Positions 35,349 through 44,612 of a stretch of 64,000 nt of DNA are shown piece after piece. The translations under genes were made by a program, and so were the position numbers. The notes below the pieces were generated by a model. It was not told the DNA's origin and ran no database searches. It was given only the letters and a program-made list of their open reading frames with translations. Position 1 is the stretch's first letter. The number at the start of each line of letters is the position of its first letter. Source of the stretch: Acidobacteriota bacterium (GTDB lineage: Bacteria; Acidobacteriota; Aminicenantia; UBA2199); the NCBI GenBank assembly GCA_025456205.1, contig JALOLA010000004.1, positions 21,980-85,979 of the forward strand, given 5' to 3'.

Positions 35349-35714
35349 ATGAATCTGACGATCGACGCCAAGTCGCCCCTGCCCGTTTACCAGCAGGTGA
35401 TCCAGTCGATCAAGCTGGAGATACTATCCGGGGGGCTGCGCGACGGAGACCCGCTGCCGTCCATCCGCGAGCTGGCCAAGCTGCTCAAGCTCAATCCCAA
35501 TACTGTAGCAAAGGCATATTACGCTTTGGAACAGGAGGGCTTCAGCGAGGGGCGCAGCGGCTCCGGCAGCCGCGTCAAGGCGCCGCCCGGCAGGCAGGAC
35601 GGACTGCGCCGGGCCATGCTCGAAAGCGAATGGCGGGCGTTCCTGGAAAAAGCCGTCAGGCTGGGCTTTTCCCTGGAGGATATCCAGCAGCTCGCAGAGG
35701 GGAGAAAAAAATGA
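35349..35714 (+). CDS. GntR-family transcriptional regulator, YtrA-like (short C-terminal domain)
   Basis: N-terminal winged HTH PLPSIRELAKLLKLNPNTVAKAYYALEQEGF. 121 aa, typical of the YtrA subfamily. Confidence 0.8.
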   Translation: MNLTIDAKSPLPVYQQVIQSIKLEILSGGLRDGDPLPSIRELAKLLKLNPNTVAKAYYALEQEGFSEGRSGSGSRVKAPPGRQDGLRRAMLESEWRAFLEKAVRLGFSLEDIQQLAEGRKK

Positions 35715-36556
35715 GCCAGGCCATTATCGAAGCCCGCGATCTGTCGCTGGGGTTTTCCCGGAGGAAGGTCCTCGACGGCATGAATGCCGCTTTTCAAAAA
35801 GGGGAGTGGGCGGTGATCGCCGGACGCAACGGCGCGGGCAAGAGCACGCTGCTGCGCCTGCTGGCCGGCGTGCTGCTTCCCGACGCGGGCGACGTCGTGC
35901 GCTCGCCGGAGGCGTCAACGGCGAAGATCGGCTTCATCTCCGACCGCCTCAGTCTCTTCGAGGACTGGACGATCGAGCGGGCCGTCGGCTTTCACTGCCG
36001 CGTCTTTGCCATCAGGGAATTCGACGACGGACTGGTCCGGCGCCTGGGGATCGGGACGAAAAGCCGCATTCGCAGCCTGTCGGCCGGGGAGCGGGCCATC
36101 CTGCACCTGTCGCTGGTCCTGGCGCAGAAGCCCGCGCTGCTGCTGGTCGACGAGGTGCTGCACATGCTCGATCCCTACATCCGCGACCTGTTCGTCGATG
36201 CCCTGATCGAGGCCATCGCCGTGCGCGAGACGGCCGTGCTGACGGTCAATCATGCCTTCAGCGAGATCGAGCGCCTTCCCGACCGGGTGCTGGTCATGGA
36301 CGATGGACGTTTCGTCATCGATGAAACGCCCGAGGCGCTCCGCGGCCTGATGAAGAAGGTCGTCAGCCGCGAGGCCCTGCCAAACGGCGTGCCCTGCTTT
36401 TTCAAAAAAACCGAGGGCGAATACAAGGAATATTACGTTTACCCTTTTCATGAAAAGTTGCGCGGGGAACAGGCGCTGGATTTCCAGGATGTCGCGTTGC
36501 CCGAGATCGTCAAGGCATTCATCGGAGGCGGCTATGAGCAGAAAAGAATGGCGTGA
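35711..36556 (+). CDS. ABC transporter ATP-binding protein
   Basis: Walker A GRNGAGKST, signature LSAGERAIL, Walker B LLLVDE. Start overlaps the GntR stop (atga). Confidence 0.85.
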   Translation: MSQAIIEARDLSLGFSRRKVLDGMNAAFQKGEWAVIAGRNGAGKSTLLRLLAGVLLPDAGDVVRSPEASTAKIGFISDRLSLFEDWTIERAVGFHCRVFAIREFDDGLVRRLGIGTKSRIRSLSAGERAILHLSLVLAQKPALLLVDEVLHMLDPYIRDLFVDALIEAIAVRETAVLTVNHAFSEIERLPDRVLVMDDGRFVIDETPEALRGLMKKVVSREALPNGVPCFFKKTEGEYKEYYVYPFHEKLRGEQALDFQDVALPEIVKAFIGGGYEQKRMA

Positions 36557-38438
36557 GGTTTTGGGCCAATGCCTGGTTTTCGTCATCCTGTTGGCGGGTA
36601 TCGCCCTGCTCATCGGCGGCATCGACCTGGTCCAGGGCTTGCCCTTCGAGAGCGAAAAATTCGTCATCATGCTGAGCTTGTGGCTGCTGTCGGGCTCCCT
36701 GTTTCTTGGACTCTCGCCTTTCGCCCTGGACGGCAAGCAGCGGGGACTTGAGTACCTGCTCACCCTGCCGCTTTCCCGGCGCCGGCTGCTGCTCATCAAG
36801 TTCCTGCCGCGCCTGGCCGTGATCGTCATCTTTTATCTCGCCTTCGCCTTTTTGTACGGCCTCATCGGCAATGACGCCTTGGGCGGCAGCTACACCCTTT
36901 TTAGCCTGGCCTATTTCGCCCTGTTCTTCATCTCCTTTTCCCTTTCCGTGGTTCACGAGAATTTCATCGTCCAGTTCATATGGGCCGGCATCGCCATGGC
37001 CGGTTACCTGCCCCTGTGCCTTTTCAGCGTCATGCGCGGCTTCGCCTGGAAATTCAAGGTGCCGGTGTCCTGGGTCGGCTTCGGCATCTGGCATGACCTC
37101 ACCTATGACCTCCCCACCCTGGCCGTTTCCATCGCCGTGTTCATCCTGATGGCCGTCCCTTTCGTGGCCTCGCTCTTCATGGCTTTCGCGAAATTCGATC
37201 TGAAGCCGGCCCGGGCGTTCAACCGCCGCCAGCTGCTGGTCTTCGCGCCGCTGCTGCTGGCGGCCTTCGCGATTTCGCTGGGGCTCACTTATTTTGTGCA
37301 GGGCCGCTCCGCTCACTGGGACTCGCAATTCACCATTCTCAAGGACCGGCGCCTGCTGGAAGCCGGTTTCCCGGGGAAACTGGACGTGCACGACGCGAAC
37401 GGCCGGCACCGCACGGATACGAGGCTCGCCGCATTCTGGGATCGGCGGCCGTTGTTGGCGGATAGGGACCACGTGTATCTGCACGGATATGACACCAAGG
37501 ACGGATCGCAGTTCATCGGCTCGCTGAACCTGGCGGACCTCTCCTGGAAAGAGCTCCACCGCTCCCCGCACGGCTATGCCGTCTCCAGCGACTCCCAGGA
37601 GTTCTACTACGACGGCGAATGCTTCGTCTACCTGCGGCGCACCCGGGTTGGTGCCGGGCGGCCGGGCAGGGACTACGCCCAGGCAGCGGGCGGCGACATC
37701 CTGGAACTGGTCCGCGTCGACCCGGCCAGCGGCAAAAGCAGGACGAACGCCTTCCGCCATCCGCAGTTCCGCAGGCAGCAAAAGTCATTTTTTATCGGTG
37801 GGGATGAGCGGGAAGGCCTGCACTTCTGGTTGATCGTCCGCCAATGGCAAAATGTGCTCCGGCTGTGGGAGGACGGCCGGGTCGAGGACCTCGGCGCCTC
37901 CAAAGGGCTGGCAATTTATGCCGGCGGCATGCTGTTTACCCGCGGTGACGGTTCACTGCGGATACGCCGGCTGCTCGCCGCCGGCAGCGAGGCCGTGAAG
38001 GAGATCGCGGGCAGTTTCAGCCTGATCAACCATCCCAGCTTTTTCGCGATCGAAAACGCCCGGCCGGACGAGATCTATGCCGTGCGCGACAAGCGCATCG
38101 TGTGCATCGATCTGGCGACCCTGGCCGTTGATGACGTCGCGCCGGCGCGCGGCCATATCTGGATGCTCCCGTCCGGGGATTTCTACTTCGTCGAGTTCCA
38201 GAGCTGGCCGGCATTGCCCAGCGACCAATGGAAGAAGCTATACCGCCTGAAGGACGGCAAGCTGGTCCTGCTCAAGCGCTTCGATTTCGCGGATGCCGGT
38301 TATGGAAATATCCGCATCGATGCCCATGGTGTCATCCTGACGCAGTGGCGCAAGGAAAATAAAAATGAGATGAGCGGGACCATGAGGTTTTTCGCCTTTC
38401 CCGACCTGAAGGAACTGCGATTTAAAAAACTGGATTGA
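36535..38438 (+). CDS. ABC-2-type permease-like membrane protein fused to a large C-terminal extracytoplasmic domain
   Basis: About 6 N-terminal TM helices followed by about 350 aa of soluble beta-rich sequence. Start overlaps the ABC ATPase stop. Confidence 0.6.
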
Positions 38439-38504
38439 ACCGCCATTTCCGCCGCGATTGACAGGAGCGGGGGTTCATACTACCATTCTTGCCGGAAGCA
38501 CCCC

Positions 38505-39878
38505 ATGGCAAACCGCAAGCGCGGAAAAAAAACCACCGTCCGCAAGCAGGCAACGCCAAAGGCACCGGCCCGCCCGGACCGGCAGTCCCGCTACCGACGC
38601 CTCAGCCGCGAAACCCTGGAGCTTGCCTTGAACGAGGTCCCTGGCTACGCGGAATGGCGGCAGTTCGACCCGGGGCCAAAGGCCGGCGTGGACGAGCGCT
38701 ACGCGGCGCTGCCGGCACTAACCAAGCGCGAGTTGCGCGAGCATTTCCCGGCAGGCTTCGTGCCGCGCCAGCGCGAGCTGGGACCCGGTCTGGCCGCCGG
38801 CGAGGTCGAGTTCGCCCAGACCAGCGGCAGCACCGACGATCGCGTGACCCTGGTCTTCAACCCGGCCTGGTGGGAAGCATCGGAGCGCGCGGCCTGGGCT
38901 CTGAACCGCCACGCCCGTGATGCGGCCGTCGGCCGGCACCGCGAAGCCGTGCTGGCGTCGCCGCGCTGCGTCGGGCCCGGCTACAGCGCCAGGCCGCTGA
39001 GCGTCGCCGAGCGCACCATCGGCCGCCACCTCTATGTCAACCAGAAGATCAACCCCGCCACCTGGAGCGACGGCGATGTCCGGCGCATGGCCCAGGAGAT
39101 CAACGGCTACGAGCCCGTGGCCCTCGAGGGCGATCCGGCTTACCTGGCGGCGTTCGCCCGCCGCGCCAGCGAGTCGGGGATCGAGGTCTGCCAGCCGCGG
39201 CTGATATTCCTCACCTATTCGTATCCATCCCTGGTCTACCTGCGCCAGATCCGCCAAGTCTTCTCGGCGCCGCTCATCAGTTCCTACGGCTCCACCGAAA
39301 CCGGCCACGTGTTCATGGAATGCGAGGCCGGGCGCCTGCATCAGAACAGCGGCCACTGCCGCGTGGACTTCCTGCCCTGGCTGTTCCGCCATGGCGGCCC
39401 CCGGCGCGGGCGCATCCTGGTCACCGTGTTCCACAACCCGTGGTTCGTGGTCCTGCGCTTCGACATCGGCGACGTGGCCCGCCTCGACGATCACGGCCCC
39501 TGTCCCTGCGGCCGCAGGAGCGGCATGGTCCTGCAGGCCATCGAGGGCCGGGTCGGCGACGTGACCTTCGATCCCGAGGGCAATGCGGTCACCGTGGCGG
39601 ACCTCGACGCCGCCTTGGCCCGGGTGCCCGGCCTGTCCGGCTGGCAGCTGGACCTGCCCAGGCCGGGAGAGATGCGCCTGCGGGTCCAGGTGGATGCCGG
39701 GGCGGCGCGCCGGGCCTGCCGTGAAGCCCGGGAGCGGCTGCGGGTGATCTACGGCGAGGGGGTCAGGATCGAGGCAGCGGCCGCCAGGGCCCTGCAGCAT
39801 GAATCCTCGGGCAAGATGCGCTTCGTGCGCACGGCGTATCCCGTCGACCTGGCCGCGCTGTGGAGGAGCAAGAGGTGA
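38505..39878 (+). CDS. Phenylacetate-CoA ligase family adenylate-forming enzyme (PaaK/CapK/F390-synthetase-like)
   Basis: AQTSGSTDDRV (P-loop) and SSYGSTETGHV (A5-like) motifs characteristic of the PaaK-like subfamily. Confidence 0.75.
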   Translation: MANRKRGKKTTVRKQATPKAPARPDRQSRYRRLSRETLELALNEVPGYAEWRQFDPGPKAGVDERYAALPALTKRELREHFPAGFVPRQRELGPGLAAGEVEFAQTSGSTDDRVTLVFNPAWWEASERAAWALNRHARDAAVGRHREAVLASPRCVGPGYSARPLSVAERTIGRHLYVNQKINPATWSDGDVRRMAQEINGYEPVALEGDPAYLAAFARRASESGIEVCQPRLIFLTYSYPSLVYLRQIRQVFSAPLISSYGSTETGHVFMECEAGRLHQNSGHCRVDFLPWLFRHGGPRRGRILVTVFHNPWFVVLRFDIGDVARLDDHGPCPCGRRSGMVLQAIEGRVGDVTFDPEGNAVTVADLDAALARVPGLSGWQLDLPRPGEMRLRVQVDAGAARRACREARERLRVIYGEGVRIEAAAARALQHESSGKMRFVRTAYPVDLAALWRSKR

Positions 39879-40576
39879 AACCCGTACCGGGCGATATTTA
39901 TCTCATTGCCGGCGACCCCGGGCAGCGCGGCGTCGGCAGGGACCCCCTGCTGGCCGCGATCCTGGGACAACTCGGGCTGGAACGCCCCAGCGTGGCCTAT
40001 GTCGGCGCGGCCAGCGGCGACAGCCGGCTGTTCTTCCTCTGGGCCGCCTCCGTGCTGAAAAAAGCCGGCTCCGGCCCCGTGCGCCTGGCGGCGCTGGCCT
40101 CACGGCGCCCCGATGTGGACAAGGTCCGGCGCACGCTCCAGGCGTCCGACCTGGTGTTCGTCAGCGGCGGCGACGTCGATGCCGGCATGAGCGTCCTGCA
40201 GAGGACGGGTGCCGACAGGTCCCTCAGGGAGCTTCACCGTGCCGGCAAGCCGTTCGTCGGCCTGTCGGCCGGCAGCATCATGATGGCCCGGAGCTGGGTG
40301 CGCTGGCCCGATGCCGGCGATGACGCCACGGCCGAGGAATTTCCCTGCCTGGGGCTGGCCCCGCTGCTATGCGACACCCATGCCGAAAAAGAGGACTGGG
40401 ACGAGCTGAAGGCGCTGCTGCGGCTTTCCGGGGCTCGCGAGGGCTATGGCATCCCCGCCGGGGCGGCCTTGCGCGTTCCCGGCGCCGGCCCGCTGGCCGC
40501 GATGGGCCGGCCGGTGCAGCGCTTGCGGATGGAGCATGGACTGGCGCGGCTGGCGGGCGAGCTGGAGCCGGACTGA
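39860..40576 (+). CDS. Peptidase S51 family (cyanophycinase / peptidase E-like) protein
   Basis: VSGGDVDAGMS ... GLSAGSIMMA is the S51 nucleophile-Ser region. GTG start overlaps the ligase 3' end by 19 nt. Confidence 0.65.
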   Translation: MEEQEVKPVPGDIYLIAGDPGQRGVGRDPLLAAILGQLGLERPSVAYVGAASGDSRLFFLWAASVLKKAGSGPVRLAALASRRPDVDKVRRTLQASDLVFVSGGDVDAGMSVLQRTGADRSLRELHRAGKPFVGLSAGSIMMARSWVRWPDAGDDATAEEFPCLGLAPLLCDTHAEKEDWDELKALLRLSGAREGYGIPAGAALRVPGAGPLAAMGRPVQRLRMEHGLARLAGELEPD

Positions 40577-40612
40577 AAATAAAGTGAAACTGAGATAAAC
40601 GATGGCCTGCGC

Positions 40613-40636
40613 TCATATAATCCCTTGAAAGGGGGG
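40613..40636 (+). promoter_or_regulatory. Conserved upstream motif TCATATAATCCC-n-GGGGG (copy 1), -10-like element plus G-rich SD
   Basis: tcatataatcccttgaaagggggg immediately 5' of ATG 40641. A near-identical block occurs at 48912-48935. Confidence 0.45.
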
Positions 40637-40640
40637 CAAT

Positions 40641-41927
40641 ATGAGAACAAAGATCATCCTGGCGGCCCTGGCGTTCTCCCTGGCCGCGGCCACCTGTGCC
40701 TTTTCCCAGACGATCGTCGTGACCGCGCCCGGCGCGGGCATGGTCCTGTATCATGGCCAGTCCGCTTCCATCACCTGGACTGCGACCGGCGTCATGGACG
40801 GCCGGGTCAAGATCCGCCTGTGGCGCATGACCGGGGCGACCAGCGAGAAGGTCTTGGATATCATCGACTCCACCGCCAACGACGGGTCCCATGAATGGCC
40901 CGTGCCGGCAACGGTCGCGGCCGGGGCCGGCTACTTCATCCGCGTGCGCACCGTGGACGACGCGGTAACGGACGACGGCGACCTGTTCTCCATCGCCGCC
41001 CCCACGATCACCGTCAGCTCGCCCATGGAGACCGGGGCTTACATGGTCCGCGGCACCACTCCCATCTCCATCGCCTGGGCGAGCGCAGGCATCAGCGGCA
41101 GCGTGCGCATCGAGCTGGAAAACTACGATACGCGGGCGCTCACCCTGGTGGCTGCCGGCCGCGCCTACAACGATTCGCCCATGAGCTATCCCGTCCCCGA
41201 CGGCGTGGCTGCCGGCACCTATCGCGTGAAGGTCAGCCAGGGGAGCATTGTCGGCTATAGCGGCCGCATCGGCATCCTGGCCTATGTCGCGCCCAGCCTC
41301 AGCCTGGTCCAGCCGAACGGCGGCGAGGTCCTGACCCAGGGGAGCTACTACACCATCGAATGGGACGCCCATAACCTGGACGGCGACGTGCGCATCGAAC
41401 TCCTGCGCGGCGGCATCGTCGACCAGGTCCTGGCCGAGCGCCATTTCGTCAATACCGGTTTTTTTACCTGGCGCAACATCCTCTCCTCTTCGGGCGGGGT
41501 CAAGCACATGCTGGGCAGCGACTTCAAGATCAGCATCCGCACGCTGGACCGGCGTTTTCGCGACGTCTCGGAGGCCAGCTTCACCATCAAGGCCCCGCCC
41601 GGCATCTGGGTGGTCAAGCCCGCCGCCGGCGAGGTCTGGGACGAGGACAGCCTGAAGGAGATCCGCTGGAATGCCCAGGGGCTCGAAGGCCGCACCGTGG
41701 AGATCATCCTGAAGTTCGTCTCCGGCTCGCCCTTGAACATCCGATCGATCGCGCGCGGGGTCCCGGCCATGGACAAGCGCTACGCCTGGGACGTGATGAC
41801 CCTGAGTGAAGGCCCCTACAACCTCAGGCCGGGAAGTTACACCGACGCCGTCATCACCATCGTCACTGAGGGCGCCGGCGTGCGCTGTGTCGCCAGCAGC
41901 AAGGAATTCACCATCCGCAAGAGATAG
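40641..41927 (+). CDS. Secreted protein with four tandem ~100-aa Kre9/KNH-like (Ser-Thr-rich GPI-anchor family-like) repeats
   Basis: Signal peptide. Each repeat has the pattern I-x-W-x-x-x-G ... V-x-I-x-L ... Y-x-I-x-V, for example ITWTATG..VKIRLWR..YFIRVRT. Confidence 0.6.
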   Translation: MRTKIILAALAFSLAAATCAFSQTIVVTAPGAGMVLYHGQSASITWTATGVMDGRVKIRLWRMTGATSEKVLDIIDSTANDGSHEWPVPATVAAGAGYFIRVRTVDDAVTDDGDLFSIAAPTITVSSPMETGAYMVRGTTPISIAWASAGISGSVRIELENYDTRALTLVAAGRAYNDSPMSYPVPDGVAAGTYRVKVSQGSIVGYSGRIGILAYVAPSLSLVQPNGGEVLTQGSYYTIEWDAHNLDGDVRIELLRGGIVDQVLAERHFVNTGFFTWRNILSSSGGVKHMLGSDFKISIRTLDRRFRDVSEASFTIKAPPGIWVVKPAAGEVWDEDSLKEIRWNAQGLEGRTVEIILKFVSGSPLNIRSIARGVPAMDKRYAWDVMTLSEGPYNLRPGSYTDAVITIVTEGAGVRCVASSKEFTIRKR

Positions 41928-42146
41928 TCCTGGTCAGGTGCATGGCTGTCGGCTGCGCATGATGGCTGCTGCGTGCGCACGACGCGAAGCTCGGCGGTCC
42001 GCTGGGCGTTAGCCGATGTTTCTATCACGATATTCATTTGCTTGCCTTTTTCCTTTCACTTTTCCCCCTTAACTTTTTCGCTTATTGCAACCATTTCAGG
42101 CCTCCATGCATCTTAGCCGGTGAAAAGCGAACTGTGAGGAGGTCAC

Positions 42147-43172
42147 ATGGATAAATTCAACAGGCTCAGCGGCGGCATGAAGGCCGCAGGCGTCGTATTC
42201 ATGGTGCTGGCCCTGACCAGCGCCCTGGTCCTGCTCGCGGCTGAAAAGCCCGCCGACAAGACGGAGCGCGGCTATCTCGGCGTTTCGGTGCAGCGCCTCG
42301 ATGACGATGCCCGGGAAAAACTGGGAGTGAAGCACGGCGTTAAGGTGGCTGCCGTGGAAAAGGATAGCGCCGCCGCCAAGGCGGGCATCGCCAAGGGCGA
42401 CGTCATCCAGTCGGTGAACGGCGAAAAGATCCGCGACGAGAGGACGCTGGTGGAGGTCATCCGCGAGCTGGCGCCCGGAAGCGCGGCCAGGATCGGCCTC
42501 TGGCGCGGCGGCAAGGCGCTGGAGGTGAAGGCGGTCCTGGGCAAGTACGAGCGCCCCAAGCCCCGGTCATGGCAGGTGGGGCCAATGACCAAGGTGCTGC
42601 GCCCGGGGCCCTACCTGGGCATCAGCCTGCTGGAGTTGGACGGGGACCTGGCCGCCTACTTCAGCGTCAAGGCCGGCGAGGGCGTACTGGTCACGCAGGT
42701 GAAAAAAGAGACGCCGGCGGCCAAGGCCGGGTTCAGGTCCGGCGACGTGATCGTGCAGATGGCCGATACGGCGATCCGCAAGAGCGGCGATATCCATGAA
42801 GCCATGGCTGCCCTCAAGAAGGGCGACAGCATCGCCGTAACCGTCGTTCGCCAGGGCAAGCGGGAAACCCTGAAGGCCGAGCCCGATTTCAGCCGCCACC
42901 AGCGCGTCCTGCGCTTTTTCAGCGGCGACAAGGACAAGGACATGGACATCCGCCATCTCGAGCTTCCGGAGCTGGATTTCATCCTGCCGGAGTTCGACGT
43001 GCGCATCCCCGAGCCCCCCGAGCCTCCCGACGCGGAGGAGATCAAGTTCCACATGCAAAAGAAGCTGGATCAGGCTCATGAAGAACTGGACCATGTCCAC
43101 GAGAAGCTGGACCAGGCCAAGGTGCGGATCGAGACGAAGTTGAAAAAGATCGCCGAGAACTACTGGATCTGA
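42147..43172 (+). CDS. Periplasmic protein with two PDZ domains (no protease domain) and a coiled-coil C-terminus
   Basis: Signal/TM. Two GLGV/GISL...GD-I/V-I PDZ cores (YLGVSVQRL...GDVIQSVNG and YLGISLLEL...GDVIVQMAD). RBS gaggagg. Confidence 0.7.
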   Translation: MDKFNRLSGGMKAAGVVFMVLALTSALVLLAAEKPADKTERGYLGVSVQRLDDDAREKLGVKHGVKVAAVEKDSAAAKAGIAKGDVIQSVNGEKIRDERTLVEVIRELAPGSAARIGLWRGGKALEVKAVLGKYERPKPRSWQVGPMTKVLRPGPYLGISLLELDGDLAAYFSVKAGEGVLVTQVKKETPAAKAGFRSGDVIVQMADTAIRKSGDIHEAMAALKKGDSIAVTVVRQGKRETLKAEPDFSRHQRVLRFFSGDKDKDMDIRHLELPELDFILPEFDVRIPEPPEPPDAEEIKFHMQKKLDQAHEELDHVHEKLDQAKVRIETKLKKIAENYWI

Positions 43173-43281
43173 TTCATCTCCTTTCTCCTGAAAGGGGGCG
43201 GGCTCCGGCCCGTCCCCTTTTTTTTTCGCGGCGACGCCGGAGTCGCTTGCAGCTTGCGGCGGCTTGTGCTATTCTTTTTTC

Positions 43282-43464
43282 ATGGAATTGAGCGAACTGG
43301 TCAAGCCGCTGGGGATCGCCACCTACGCCTGCGTCGTCCTCACTTTCCTGGTCGGCCTTTTTCGCGCCAAACTGAAGCTCAAGCTGGCGCACCACAAGCG
43401 CCTGGCCTGGCTGGCGGTCGCCTTGGCCAGCCTGCACGGGCTGCTGGTGATCCTGTATTACTGA
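43282..43464 (+). CDS. Hypothetical small membrane protein (61 aa)
   Basis: ATG at 43282, two hydrophobic helices. Confidence 0.35.
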   Translation: MELSELVKPLGIATYACVVLTFLVGLFRAKLKLKLAHHKRLAWLAVALASLHGLLVILYY

Positions 43465-43486
43465 CCCGTCCGCACGAGGAGGTCCC

Positions 43487-43828
43487 ATGGCCAAAGCGAT
43501 CTTTTTTTTCCTGCTCCTTTCCGCCCTGCTGCTGAGCGCCCACCCGCCCAAGTCCATCGAACTGGGCTATGACGCCGAGTCGGCGGCGCTGAGCGTCAAG
43601 GTCCTGCACAAGGTCAGCGACCAGGACCGGCATTTCATCAGCCGCATCTCGGTCTATTCCGGCAAGGAGCTGCTGGCCGAGAAAACCTATGAGCACCAGG
43701 ATACGGCCGCCGCGCAGGAGGAAATATTTCTCTTCCTGGACAAGCCCCTGGCCCGGGGGACGGCGGTGCGGGTCACGGCCGTCTGCAGCGTGTCGGGGAA
43801 AAAGAGCGCCGACCTGGAGTGGGATTGA
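43487..43828 (+). CDS. Hypothetical secreted small protein (113 aa)
   Basis: Signal peptide MAKAIFFFLLLSALLLSAHP. No recognisable domain. Confidence 0.45.
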   Translation: MAKAIFFFLLLSALLLSAHPPKSIELGYDAESAALSVKVLHKVSDQDRHFISRISVYSGKELLAEKTYEHQDTAAAQEEIFLFLDKPLARGTAVRVTAVCSVSGKKSADLEWD

Positions 43829-43833
43829 GCATA

Positions 43834-43870
43834 GACGCCTGACGTTAGATGTCAGACGTTAGACGGTAGC
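43834..43870. repeat. Heptamer-tandem element R7 (unit GACGTTA), single arm
   Basis: agacgcctgacgttagatgtcagacgttagacggtag contains a 22-nt stretch identical to the reverse complement of an R3 arm. Lies between convergent genes. Confidence 0.75.
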
Positions 43871-43930
43871 AGGAGAAAGAAGCGTCTTCATCCGGGCGCT
43901 TCCGTGGGTGGGGGAGAGACGCAGCGGCGT

Positions 43931-44215
43931 TCAGCCGATGATGGTCGCTTCCTGCTCGCGCACCAGGATATTCACCCGCATGGTGCGGTGCAGCATGTCG
44001 ATATTGACTACCTGGATCTCCAGATTCTCGTTCTTCTCCATGGAGATGAGCCGGGTGGCGATCTCCAGGAGCTGGCCGGCGCTCATCTGCTCGTAATTCA
44101 GCTCGGCGCGGATCTTGGCGAAATTTCCGCTGTCGAACTGGTCGATGCGCAGGGTCTTGAAGCCGTAGTGGTCGAACATGTCATAGATCAGCTGCGGCTC
44201 ATATGTGTTTTTCAT
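43931..44215 (-). CDS. Hypothetical protein (94 aa)
   Basis: ATG at 44215 (MKNTYEPQ...). Divergent from the ACP gene. No recognisable motif. Confidence 0.45.
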   Translation of the reverse strand: MKNTYEPQLIYDMFDHYGFKTLRIDQFDSGNFAKIRAELNYEQMSAGQLLEIATRLISMEKNENLEIQVVNIDMLHRTMRVNILVREQEATIIG

Positions 44216-44340
44216 CTCTTCCCCGCCGGCCCCCATTCTCCTCCCATCGCGGGGTCAATGTCAACCCGCTGCGGGCCATCCACGATATCCCCGCAACGGG
44301 GACCGCGTCGAGACGGCCTTCAGGATACTCTCAGCGCCTG

Positions 44341-44369
44341 TTGTCATTCGCTGCCGACCGTGCTATATT
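44341..44369 (+). promoter_or_regulatory. Sigma70-like promoter (TTGTCA, 17 nt, TATATT) giving a very short leader for the ACP gene
   Basis: ttgtca at 44341-44346 and tatatt at 44364-44369. ACP ATG at 44379. Confidence 0.5.
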
Positions 44370-44378
44370 CTCCGTGAA

Positions 44379-44612
44379 ATGGAAGAAAAGATAAGATCCA
44401 TCCTTGCCGGCATCCTGGAGGTCGAGCCCAAAGGAATCGGGGACGGCTTCGGCCCGGACAGCTGCCAGAACTGGGATTCGCTGGGCAACCTGCGCATCAT
44501 CACCGCCCTGGAGCGTGAGTTCGCCGTCAAGTTCACCTGGGAGGAGATCAGCTCCATGACCAATTTCGCCAGGATCCGCGAGGTCATCGCCCGGCGCGGG
44601 GAAAACCGGTGA
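44379..44612 (+). CDS. Acyl carrier protein (phosphopantetheine attachment site)
   Basis: NWDSLGNLRIITALEREF is the DSL Ser motif of 4'-PP attachment. 77 aa. Confidence 0.75.
   Translation: MEEKIRSILAGILEVEPKGIGDGFGPDSCQNWDSLGNLRIITALEREFAVKFTWEEISSMTNFARIREVIARRGENR

Noticed and set aside
35630-36556. Track starts for the ABC ATPase (35630) and permease (36450)
   Set aside because: The upstream extensions lack RBS and run through the preceding genes. ATGs at 35711 and 36535 fit the overlapping atga operon junctions and begin the conserved regions.
40278-41507. 409-aa - strand ORF
   Set aside because: Antisense to the S51 peptidase and Kre9-like repeat genes. Gly/Ala/Asp/Arg-rich.
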